Below are positions 1-10,899 of a DNA stretch of 64,000 nucleotides, in pieces. The notes below the pieces were generated by a model, which did not search any database, had not been told where the DNA came from, and was given only the letters and a program-made list of their open reading frames with translations. The DNA lies in the NCBI GenBank assembly GCA_964016885.1, contig OZ024743.1, positions 107,880,001 through 107,944,000 on the forward strand, given 5' to 3'. The translations under genes were made by a program, and so were the position numbers. Source of the DNA: Eledone cirrhosa. Lineage: Eukaryota. The first letter of the stretch is position 1; every line of letters begins with the position of its first letter.

Positions 1-34
<34 letters not shown>

Positions 35-774
35 GTGTATCATACTATCTGTTTTTCTATCTACCTATTATTTTACTCCACTTCCACTCATCCATAACCT
101 ATCACCTTACAATGAGAAACAACTTCCCTGACACGCTCTGGATCACAGCAGATATTCGGAACTGCTCGTATCACCATTTGCTTAATAGAAACTTAACAAT
201 TACTAAACTTACATATATAATAAGTCAGGTGATAGCTCATCTCAGACATTTCAGAAAAACCTATCAATTATAACAATTCATCTATATCTGTCAGTTATAT
301 GGCGTTTTGTTTCTAGATGACAGCAAACAATAGTTTGTATGTCACAGGGAAGTGACTGTATCATCTACAAAGTAGCTTCACAGCCTGATTTAACATCAAT
401 TTCTGCATTTGCATACGGAGTAGTTCACACTAGTACACATATATGTATGTATGTATGTATTTATGTTCTTCTGGTTTTATAATTTCACAAATTTTTGCGA
501 ATAGAGATAGAGTAGGTTTCTAACATAGACACAAGAATCTCTCATTGGAATTTACACAACACCAACTAGGTAGATATGTATGCATGTCTGCATGCATGCA
601 TGTGTAGATATGGATGTTATTGTATGTGTGAATGTGTATGTTTTGAGTTGTATGTGTGCATGTGTATATGCTTGGTATCTGTACATGTGTATATGCAGTT
701 ATTAGATGCAAAATCTTTGGAATGTTTTACATATTTTTACTGTTCCTGTATGTATGTATGTATGTCAGGTCGCT

Positions 775-1575
775 CTCGAGTGCTACTGATAATATGTAAC
801 AATATGTACAACCTGTCTCATGGTCGGGTCGTCTGTGACTAAACCGGCCACCCCACCAAGCTTGCTTGGTGAGGAGGGTGAGATTTGGACACCCTGCGGG
901 ATGAAATACAAGACTCGGTCAAGGGCAGAGGAACACAGCAGAGTCAACGGCCATCCAAATAGTAGTTTTTCTATTATCTTTTTGTTGTTTTTTTTTTACC
1001 TGGGATTGAAAGGCCCCCAGTTGCTGCCACAGCACCTTTCTAAGAGAAGAGAAACTCTGACAAAAAGAAAATCCTGCGGTTTCGGAAGCATCCGATGATG
1101 TTTACCAGTTCTCCTTTTCGGGTAGTATTTTCGATGCTCAGAGAAGGTATTGGTGGAGTGCAAGGCCTTTCTTTTTTAAAAAAAAGCTTAAAAGCACAGG
1201 AATTGCTTGTTCAGGCTCTGTTACAGGTTCGTGTGGCTGGCCGTAGCCTGAAAGTGTACCAGTTTCTGTAATCTGACAAGCGATTGCAATACTCTTAGCA
1301 GAGTTTGCAGCCATTATGTTTGTATGTATGGACGGCACAGGCACTGCTTTATATCTGGAGATCTCTCAGCACTTGTCGTTACATGGTACCATGGTCCCAG
1401 CACTATGTGTCAATAATTGTCACAAGTGTAGTGTTTGTACCAGAGTTTTCAAGTCGCTGGCTGGACTAAAAAGTCACACATTTTCAGCGCATCGGTAGAG
1501 GTCCTCCTGCACAGATATAAAGTAGTGGCCGTACTCGAAAACGAGTTGGCAGCCACCATGTAGGTATGTATGGAT
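775..1575 (+). mobile_element. RTE-like LINE remnant (structured 5' part plus C2H2-type 3' end and ATGT-like tail)
   Basis: The 3' end encodes CSVCTRVFKSLAGLKSH (CxxC...GLxSH, typical of RTE ORF C-termini), followed by a short UTR and an (ATGT/ATGG)n tail. The 5' part has the hairpin caccaag-cttg-cttggtg. No RT is visible, so it is deleted or non-autonomous. Confidence 0.5.
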
Positions 1576-2106
1576 GGATCGATGAATGGATGGATGGTTA
1601 GATGGATGGATATAGGTATCTACATGTGTATCTATGTCTGTTTGTATGAATATATATCTGTATATATCTATGCCCGTATGTTTGTCTATATGTCTATAAG
1701 TTACGCACGTATGCAAATGTATTGGTGAGTTTCATATTTATAGGGACATTTTATTTTGTAGGATTCATGTCGATTGCGCCCAGATTACGTTTTACATAAA
1801 AGCTACACAGTGGGATATAAAAGAAGATACGGATATATTTAGGGCTTACACAGTTCAGTACCTTTTAAAAGCTATGCAAACAAATAAAAAAATGAAAATA
1901 CTTTACTTCATTACTTGTTAGTTGTAGGCAGGACGTCTACCCCTTCGACTGAAAAAGACGGAAAATATATTGACGGTGTTGCTTGATCCAAACAATCGCC
2001 CAATGTCACTATTGTTGAGAAATAAATAAAAAAGGTAAAAGTAGAACAATCATACATACACACACATTCATTCGTATATCCATTCATAGATACATGCATA
2101 CATACA

Positions 2107-2470
2107 TTAAAGTTCCTCTTTCAGCTCACATTGTCTCGGCATTACAATGTGAAGTTGCCTTGCCTTCATGTGGTCCCATCTTTGAGGACAATCTTCATGC
2201 CTTTTTTCGCCTCCCAAATCATCTGCACAGATCGGGTTTTCAGTGATAAAATCTGTCCGCAGTTGCTGGGGACGTGTTACATACCAAAATATTGCAGTTC
2301 TCCATCGATTTATGACATCAGAAAGGCTAGGATGTGAAGCGTAGGGCGTTTTATTTGTGACATGAGCTTTCCATGCGATGTTCCGGTTCTTTCTCAGCAT
2401 ACCCGTTTATATTCCATAGATTTTCTTTGCAAAGGTTTTACTTACTGTTCTTGATACACTTCCATAGAAT
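2107..2470 (-). pseudogene. Non-LTR retrotransposon RT C-terminal fragment
   Basis: FYGSVSRTVSK...MLRKNRNIAWKAHVTNKTPYASHPSLSDVINRWR resembles the LLYGSExWTLTK...RMLRxxxNIxWxxHVTNxxLY motif of RTE-type LINEs; frameshifted. Confidence 0.55.
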
Positions 2471-2840
2471 ACAGACATACACACACATACACACACATAC
2501 ACACACACATACATACATACATTCATACATACACACATACATACATACATGCATGCACATACATATATATATGCATAACCGTGAAGCTAATAAGAATTTG
2601 TGTTTTTCTATCGCTGTGATAGTTTCTGAAAGCCGGTACAATAGGGTAGGAGTATATAAACGGCAAGGGATTAACAACTAAATCGACACAAAGTAATGTT
2701 TTACCCAGTAGATTTCAACATGATATTTCTGGGCTAAATTAATTTTTCCAATGTAAAATGAAAACGACACAAAGCTAAACGAACGATCGATATGTTCTTT
2801 CCTAACTGGAACACATTCGATTCCTCATGATATACGAGGG

Positions 2841-3027
2841 TTGGTAGATTAGCAGTATCAGTAGAGGGACGGACGCCATGCCTTGCATCATAGTGTTACG
2901 GCCTTTTACGATATGAGTACAAATCCCGCCGAGGTTAATTTTGCCTTACATCCATACGAGGTCGATGAAAGAAATTACCAGTAATGCATTGGGACAATTG
3001 TTAGCGTTGTGCTAAAAGTAGAAACAA
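2841..3027 (+). mobile_element. tRNA-head SINE, family S1 (Meta/Sauria-like central domain)
   Basis: A-box-like head, degenerate B box (gagtacaaatcc), then gccgaggttaattttgccttacatccatacgaggtcgat...ttaccag. More than 10 copies occur in the window. Confidence 0.8.
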
Positions 3028-3065
<38 letters not shown>

Positions 3066-3069
3066 GTAG

Positions 3070-3260
3070 GTCCCGGGTTGAGTCGGGGATAACCACAGTA
3101 AGTAAGGTACTCAATACATGGCACAGTAAAAAAATTTTATTTTATACAATGAGCTTCTACAGGACTAGTACTGTTTCATTCAGATGAAATCTTCAAAGTA
3201 AGGTACTCAATACAAGATTTCATCTGAATGAAACAGTACTAGTCCTGTAGAAGCTCCTTC
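3070..3260. mobile_element. HHR family A, head-to-head inverted pair in (TA)n
   Basis: The minus arm reads (T)TGAAGA-tttcatctgaat-GAAA-cag-tactagtc-ctg-TA-gaagct with the full tail. The plus arm (3212-3260) repeats the 3' part and ends at cttc|tatata. Confidence 0.75.
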
Positions 3261-3262
3261 TA

Positions 3263-3372
<110 letters not shown>

Positions 3373-3453
3373 TGTATACGTATATATATATATATAGAGA
3401 GAGAGAGAGAATACAGACATTCGTTATTCCCGTAGTAGACCACTTTCCGACCC

Positions 3454-3561
3454 ACCGTCGGAGTCCTACTCGTTCCTATTACCCACTCTACTACCCTAAG
3501 TATTGAGTACTTTGGTGCGTTATGGTCCATCTGGTTCCTTACCACATTCACATTTCCTTCG

Positions 3562-3563
<2 letters not shown>
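3454..3563 (+). mobile_element. Family B 3' tail (PLE-like short insert)
   Basis: ccgtcggagtcctactcgttcctattacccactctactaccctaag...ttccttcgtt followed by (TA)n; the same tail is at 8715, 18614, 40921, 42509, 46634, 51337 and 55141. Confidence 0.75.
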
Positions 3564-3617
<54 letters not shown>

Positions 3618-3620
<3 letters not shown>

Positions 3621-3860
3621 GATTTCTACTATAGGCACAATGTCAGTAATTTGTGGGTAGGGAAAAATGGATTAAATCGAATCAGTGCATTACTGGTCTT
3701 TATTTTATCGGCCCGTGAGGATGAAAGGTAAAGTTAATCTCGGCGGAATTTGAACTCAGATCACAAAGGGTCGGTGGATTAGCAGTATCAGTAGAGGGTC
3801 GGACGCCATCCTGCAAAGCATGGTGTCCGACGCTCTACCGATATTGCCAATCCACCACCC
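3618..3860 (-). mobile_element. SINE S1 with an inverted extra head
   Basis: Reverse-complement S1 body (ggatgaaaggtaaagttaatctcggcggaatttgaactcag); 3773-3856 forms a head-versus-head hairpin. Confidence 0.8.
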
Positions 3861-3929
3861 TGGTGTATGTATATATATATAATTTAGTATCGAACTGTCA
3901 GCTCGGTATCAAATATTCTCGTAATCACG

Positions 3930-4006
3930 GTTAAAACGTGTTTCGCAAATACCCTGCACGATTACAGTCAATCTTAACCCAAGGATCGATTTGCTCAGCA
4001 GGTAAC
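3930..4006 (-). ncRNA. Degenerate type I hammerhead ribozyme (family K)
   Basis: Minus strand gttac-CTGCTGA-gcaaat...atttgc-GAAA-cacg-TT-ttaac. Stem II is a perfect 6 bp. The core has an A6>C change and stem I has one mismatch. Confidence 0.55.
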
Positions 4007-4499
4007 ATATAGATCAGAATCGGAATATGATCACCCGTAACTGTGTAATCAACAGATCTGCATTTTGCCCGCACCCGAGTGTGATGTTAAAAATAGTCTG
4101 GAGATTTTAAAGTTGCCTCAAACTGTGATGAAGCAGACAAGTTATATGGTGGAAGTTGAGATTATACCAACAAGAAAAAAACAATACGATAAAATATAGT
4201 AATGCCAGGAACGGGTTTATGGGGCGTAATCTGAGCTGGGGCATAAATATTGTTAATTCATAAATAATAGAATATCTAAGTAGCTGAGCAAAATGAAACA
4301 TGATAGAAATAAACTATATGGAATATCATAAAAAGTATATAAAATTCTATATATTTATAATATAGCACACTCACGCACATAAACACACACTCACGCGCGC
4401 GCACACGCGCACACACCCACCCACTCACACACACACACACACACACAAACACGCACACACACAGATAGGCAGATATAGGATAAAGGGTAAAGAACACCT

Positions 4500-4752
4500 T
4501 CGGTTACGAGTGACCATGGCATTCACACCTAGAAATTTGCCCTCCGAGTCAGTCGCTCATGCACACCAGCCTCTCTCTCTCTCCCAACGCCACCAATGCT
4601 GTCCAAGGAGAAAGCAACTCATTTATACAGCTGAATAAACTGGAGCAACGCAAAATAACGTGTCTTGATGAAGAATACAACACACGGCCTCATCCGGGTC
4701 TCGAACTCACAATATCGGTATTGTAATCCTGGCGCTCGAATCACACAAAGCC
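4500..4752 (-). mobile_element. tRNA/CORE-like SINE (family S2), degenerate
   Basis: Reverse-complement B box (cgaactcac) and CORE-like segment (ggagcaacgcaaaataacgtgtcttg); the tail matches 50700-50830. Confidence 0.65.
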
Positions 4753-4793
4753 ATATATATATAAAAAAATATATATATATTTAATATAGAAAT

Positions 4794-4839
4794 GGATTCT
4801 ACAGGACTAGAACTGTTTCATTCTGGAGAAATCATCAGG
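4794..4839 (-). ncRNA. Hammerhead family A core (5' arm of stem I lost)
   Basis: CTGATGA-tttctccagaat-GAAA-cag-ttctagtc-ctg-TA-gaatcc on the minus strand; it abuts the Helitron 5' end. Confidence 0.7.
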
Positions 4840-5419
4840 TTATCTAATATATATTTGTGAAATGGGTGGTGGTTGAAATTCAGTTTGCACTGTTAAATGG
4901 TAGTAGACGTGGTCGGATGGACATGAAAATTTAAACACCTATGTAAAAAGTGCCAAGGAAACAAATAGATGAGGTTTCAAATCTCTAACTTGAAAAGTGT
5001 GGTCCCTAGGGCCCCAAAACGGTCTATTTACTATCGCTTTCGGTGAGTTATTTCCCCCTGGGATGAGGTATTTTCCGTAGTCGCTTTCAATATTCATTGT
5101 CTTATTTACAATTTCATACAAATTTTTAAACTCATCAATTGTTTTCATAACATATCAAACACAACGTTCTTTCGCTGTTAACATACAGTACCGTTATATG
5201 AAATCGATTCTGCAGTACCATTTTACGAAATGCCAAACCGAAAACGGTCACTGTTTTCCATCAAAAGAAATAAAACCCTTAAATTGCAAAGAAGGGATGC
5301 GTCTTCTCAGGTACGTTTTTTCCGATATAATTTTTATTTTAATTCTAATACATGTTAACCACCACTAACAGTAAGTAGTATTTTTCAAAGTCAAATGAAA
5401 AGTTTAAAGAATACATGCA

Positions 5420-5643
5420 TGTAAACTTAATGAATGGGATCTATAAGCCTTTGGGTTGCCGAGTTAATTCATTCATTTTTTTTTAAATATTCATTGTAAA
5501 CTTAATGAATGGGATCTATAATTTGGTTGCCGAGTTAATTAATTCAGTTTTTTTTTAAATATTCATTGTAAACTTAATGAATGGGATCTATAAGCCCTTT
5601 GGTTGCCGAGTTAATTAATTCAGTTTTTTTTTAATATTCATTG
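5420..5643 (+). repeat. ~72-76 bp tandem repeat x3 inside the Helitron
   Basis: Unit tgtaaacttaatgaatgggatctataa(gcc)tttggttgccgagttaatt(a)attca(g)tttttttt(a)aatattcat occurs three times. Confidence 0.9.
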
Positions 5644-5844
5644 TCTTATTTAAAATAACATATCAAAGACAACGTTATTTCGCTGTTAATAAACTGTTGC
5701 CTTCTACAGTACGTTTCATTTTCATTTTTCAATTACAGTTGCTCTAAATTAAATTTAAATACTTCTATAACGATCATACAGTACCGTTTTATGAAATCGA
5801 TTCTGCAGTAGAATTTTACGAAATGCAAAACCGAAAAAGGTCAT

Positions 5845-6720
5845 GACGAAGTTACCGCATGCATCAAGTCTTCCTACCTATGGCAGTATGTCCAGAAACC
5901 AACCCTGACTACTAACATGAGAGTGTATGTGCATGGCGACACAGAATCTGAAGAATTCTCAAAACAGCTACTGGAAGATGGTAATGGAACTACACCTGGA
6001 AAGGATGAACAGCACATCCGTCTGCCGTTTGGAAACTTTGTATCAAGCATAGAGGAATTAATGTCATCTGTTTTCCCAGACCTCGAAGTACGATTCCTTG
6101 ATCACAACTGGCTGCAAGGGAGAGCTATTTTAGCACCACATAATGCCACCGTTGACGCAATGAATCAACACCTGCTTGATCAGATTCCAGGAGCTGAAGT
6201 GTCCTTCAAGTCAATTGACACCAACAAAAACGCGGACGACGCCGTCAACTATCCGATTGAATTCCTCAACAGTCAACAACCTCCCGGACTTCCACCTCAT
6301 GACCTTAGACTGAAGGTTGGTGTTCCAGTTATGGTGCTAAGAAACGTGGAACCACCAGAACTATGCAATGGGACGCGTCTGATCAACAAAAAAATTGGTA
6401 CACGAATTCTTACGACAAAAATTCTGAGTGGACCGTCTGCTGGCGGGACAAAGTTATTATCCCCCATAAGCCTCTGACGTCCCATTTGATTTTACGAGAC
6501 GGCAGTTTCCCGTAAAACTCTGCTTTGCATGAGTATCAACAAGGCACAGGGACAGTAGCTGCAAGTAGTTGGCCTAAACCTGACACAGAAGGTATTTACC
6601 CACGGTCAACTATACGTCGGGTGCTCACGCGTCAGCAGTCCACACAGTCTCTACATTTGTGGTAATGTTGGTAATACAAGGAACGTTGTCTACAAAGAAG
6701 CACTGCAACAACACCTTTGA
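5845..6720 (+). pseudogene. Helitron Rep/Hel C-terminal PIF1-family helicase fragment
   Basis: DEVTACIKSSYLWQYV..LTTNMRV, RAILAPHN, YPIEFLNS..PGLPPHDLRLKVGVPVMVLRN..LCNGTRL, then with frameshifts and a stop FTRRQFPVKLCFA/SINKAQGQ*L..VFTHGQLYVGCSRV..TRNVVYKEAL. Confidence 0.92.
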
Positions 6721-6927
6721 AACTTCCGCCATTCCTCTTCCGTCGCCACTCAACGTCTCTCAACGCTTTTCACGTCGCTCCACTTTTCATTGTACGCCGT
6801 CCAGCCCCAAATGCATATTTCTATTTTTGTTCCTGATAGTGCTTCTTTATAATAAACTTTCAATAATATTTTTCAAATTATTAACTTAATAAAAAGTGGC
6901 CCTGAATGCAACCGGGCTCAGCTGCTA

Positions 6928-6979
<52 letters not shown>

Positions 6980-7185
6980 TTTGAGTATATGTTGGTTGTT
7001 TACTGACACCTCAGTTTGCAGATTGGAACACTCGACGAAGTGTGCAGGTTGGTTTGGTTACTCAGGAGTAATAATTCCAGTTCCTGAGAGAAATAACAAC
7101 TCAACCAGGAACTGGGCATATCGGATTATTGACGGAGTTCAACACTTCAACAACATGTGTACCTGTCTCTACCACACCAATTCGG

Positions 7186-7240
7186 ACTGCCTGAAGAGGT
7201 CACACCCAAGGATGGCTGTCACCGAAATATATATAGCAGT
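7186..7240 (+). ncRNA. Intact type I hammerhead ribozyme (family I)
   Basis: actgc-CTGAAGA-ggt.c.aca.c.cca-agga-tgg.c.tgt.c.acc-GAAA-tatata-TA-gcagt. It has a 5-bp stem I, a 9-bp stem II with two C.C mismatches, a palindromic stem III and an AUA site, with AATAAA at 7249-7254. It lies in a ~320 bp insert (6978-7300) between TA tracts. Confidence 0.85.
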
Positions 7241-7310
7241 ACACCTTTAATAAACTAAGCCGAATTTTAAATATTTGACTTAATTATTATTATTTTATTT
7301 TATATATATA

Positions 7311-7357
7311 TATAGATGAGATTCTACAGGACTAGAACTGTTTCATTCTTTAGAAAT

Positions 7358-7362
<5 letters not shown>
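7311..7362 (-). mobile_element. HHR family A fragment
   Basis: TGATGA-tttctaaagaat-GAAA-cagttctagtcctg-TA-gaatctc, truncated into (TA)n on both sides. Confidence 0.7.
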
Positions 7363-7969
<607 letters not shown>

Positions 7970-7970
7970 G

Positions 7971-8009
<39 letters not shown>

Positions 8010-8010
<1 letters not shown>

Positions 8011-8230
8011 AAGGCGTGTGGCTGAGTGGTTAGAGTATTGGATTCACAATCGTGAGGTTGTGAGTTCGATTCCTGAACCAGGCGATGCGTTATGTCCTTG
8101 AGCAAGACACTTTATTTCACGTTGCTCCTTCTACCTGGAGTTGCGACCGATATATAGTATTAGCAATTGGAAAGACCAACGGAAACATAGTTTCCTCGGT
8201 CCGATTTGACGAAAGTCGATCGACTAGAAA
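8010..8230 (+). mobile_element. tRNA/CORE-like SINE S2 with structured tail
   Basis: A box tggctgagtgg, B box gagttcgattcc, CORE-like tgtccttgagcaagacacttt; the tail is shared with 40285-40422 and 63459-63559. Confidence 0.85.
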
Positions 8231-8499
8231 TATATGTGTGTAAGTTTGTGTGCGTGCGAGTGTGCGCGTGTTCGTTACACATGTACAGTAGCTAGCGCGC
8301 ACACACGGACAATAACATATGAATGTGAGTGAGTGAATGACAAGGAAGTATGTATAAAATGGGTAAGAATAGCTGAAATGTAACATAGGCAGGTATATAT
8401 ATATAAAGAGAGAGGGGAGTGTAATAGAAGAATGATAGGTAGATAGATGAATATATACATAAATAAATAAATAAATATATATATATATATATATATATA

Positions 8500-8679
8500 G
8501 TTTTAATATAGATGAGATTCTACAGGACTAGAACTGTTACATTCTTTAGAACTGTTTCATTCTAAAGAATGAAACAGTTCTAGTCCTGTAGAATCTCATC
8601 TATATTAAAACTTTTTTATACTCTGCTATTTATTGAGTACCTTACTTACTGTGGTTACCTCCGATTCAACCCGGAATAA

Positions 8680-8682
<3 letters not shown>
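8500..8682. mobile_element. HHR family A inverted pair joined within stem II
   Basis: gttttaatatagatgagattctacaggactagaactg...cagttctagtcctgtagaatctcatctatattaaaac is a near-perfect inverted repeat; the plus arm continues to the full tail (...caacccggaataa). Confidence 0.8.
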
Positions 8683-8718
<36 letters not shown>

Positions 8719-8792
8719 CCCACTCTACTACCCTAAGTATTGAGTAATTTGGTGCGTTAGGGTCCATCTAGTTCCTTACCACATTTCCTTCG

Positions 8793-8841
<49 letters not shown>

Positions 8842-8900
8842 GCATATATATATACATATATATATATGTGTGTGTATAGATAGACAAATGGACAGGCAAT

Positions 8901-8968
<68 letters not shown>

Positions 8969-10899
8969 CAACCAAACTTAAATAATTCTACATAAGAGAA
9001 GGAAACAGGCAATAGTCCAAAGAAAGCGAGAAAGAAAGAAGGAATTAGTGGGAGAGAGAAAAATTTAAGAATTCCAGAAAGAGAGAAACAGCGAAAGAAA
9101 TAGAGAAAGAAAGTATGGACGTCAGAAAAACAGAAAGAAAGAAAGAGATGTATAACTACAGAAAATCTATCAGTTAGTTGGAATTGTCACTGAAGAAAGC
9201 GACTTTACAACACAGTCAGTATATTGTTCCATAAAACACACACACAACTAACCACAACTAACTACACGCACACACACACATACACACCCACTCACACATA
9301 CACAACTAACCACACATAGACGCACACACACACACACACCCACACATACACACACACTCACACACACATACACAGACACATATACACACACACTCAGAGT
9401 CACACACACGTATACACATACACACACACAACCAACCACACATACACGCACACACTGACATAAACACAGTCACACGCCCAAATGCCCATAAACACACACA
9501 CACACACACACACAACCAACCACACATGCAAGCACACGCACAGACAGAAACACAGAGTCACACACACACACGCACTGTTCCACACACTCAAATATTCACA
9601 TGCGCACAGACGTACACACACAGATACACACATTTACGTACACACACAAAAACACGTACACAAACAAACAGAAGGACGCACTCACACATTCACACATGCA
9701 CAAAAACACACATACACACGCATTCACACACTTACTTAGGCCACTCGATAGACCTCCATGGCAGCGGATGCGCAGAAGGGACTCGATTTCTGACATGTTT
9801 GCGCAGTACAGCAATGTGACGTAGGTGGATGGGGGTGATGGTGCCATGTAATTTAGATAGTTTGGCAGTGACAGAGACGATTGTCATATTGTTGTTGATG
9901 ATGGATGTGATGATGGTGGTGTTGGTGAAGGTCGTTGAGGTTTTGGTGGTGTTGGTATTGGTAGTGAAAATTATGAAGATTTTGTGATGATAGTGGCGGT
10001 AGTAGTAGTGGAAATGATGATGGTCGTGGTTATGGTGATGGTGGTTGTAATAGTGGATGGGTTGATTGTGGTAGAGATGATGTTAGTGTCAAGATGTGAC
10101 AGTTGCAATGGTCATATAGTGTTGCGTGGACACAGCTTGTGAGGTTGCATGGCTTAGTGGTTAGGGTGTTAAGCTCACGATTGTAAGATTTCGCTTTATG
10201 CTCTTCAGCAAGACACATTATTAAATATTCCTCTGGTGTACTAAGCTAGAGATAATATAAGTATGCTTCTAATTCAAAAGTCCAGCTTTATCACACATTG
10301 TGTCATGTTGAACCTCTCTGAAAACTACGATAAATGAAATGCTTAGCCACTTGTACCTATGAAATGCTTAGCCACTTGTAGGTTAATTTCATAAATACGA
10401 TGTTCTGTTGAATAAACGAAATAATTGAAACACTTTAACGAAACCGATGGACACACAAGGTTAAGTAATTTCTTCTTAATCATTAGGCACCAAGTTCGAT
10501 TCCACTGTGTGGCAGCTTGAGCAAGTTTCATCTACCATAACCTATGATCAACTCATACTTTGTGATTGAAATTATTTATTCAGAAACTACTTGGAAGTCT
10601 GTCAGATGGATTGTATCTGTATTCCAAAGGATCAGCCATGTCACATATTGTCATGCTGAATATCCATGGGAATGAGGCTAGGGACATTCGTAAACGGAGA
10701 ATGCTCGGCAATTTGGACGTCAATTTCATGAGCAAATTGTTCCGTTGATACAACTGAAACACTCATCGTAAAGTCGAAGGAGATCCATCCTAGTTTAGCC
10801 TTAGGTCAGGCTCCCGGTTTAGTAGAACTATAAGATCACTTGTAGCACTCCAGTTATGGCTATCCCTTTAGAGATAATAAATACACATACGTCTGCTAT

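Larger units (their letters stand above)
4843..6928 (+). mobile_element. Helitron, internally deleted, both termini present
   Basis: The 5' end is A|TCTAATATATATTTG at 4842/4843. The 3' end has hairpin gccc-tgaatgcaacc-gggc (6899-6917) then CTAG|T (6925-6929). Insertion is between A and T with no TSD, and the empty site rebuilds as caggttA|Tatata. It contains a PIF1-helicase remnant. Confidence 0.85.

Noticed and set aside
8010-8085. tRNA-like sequence with A and B boxes
   Set aside because: It continues directly into a CORE-like SINE body and lacks a proper acceptor stem, so it is a SINE head rather than a tRNA gene.
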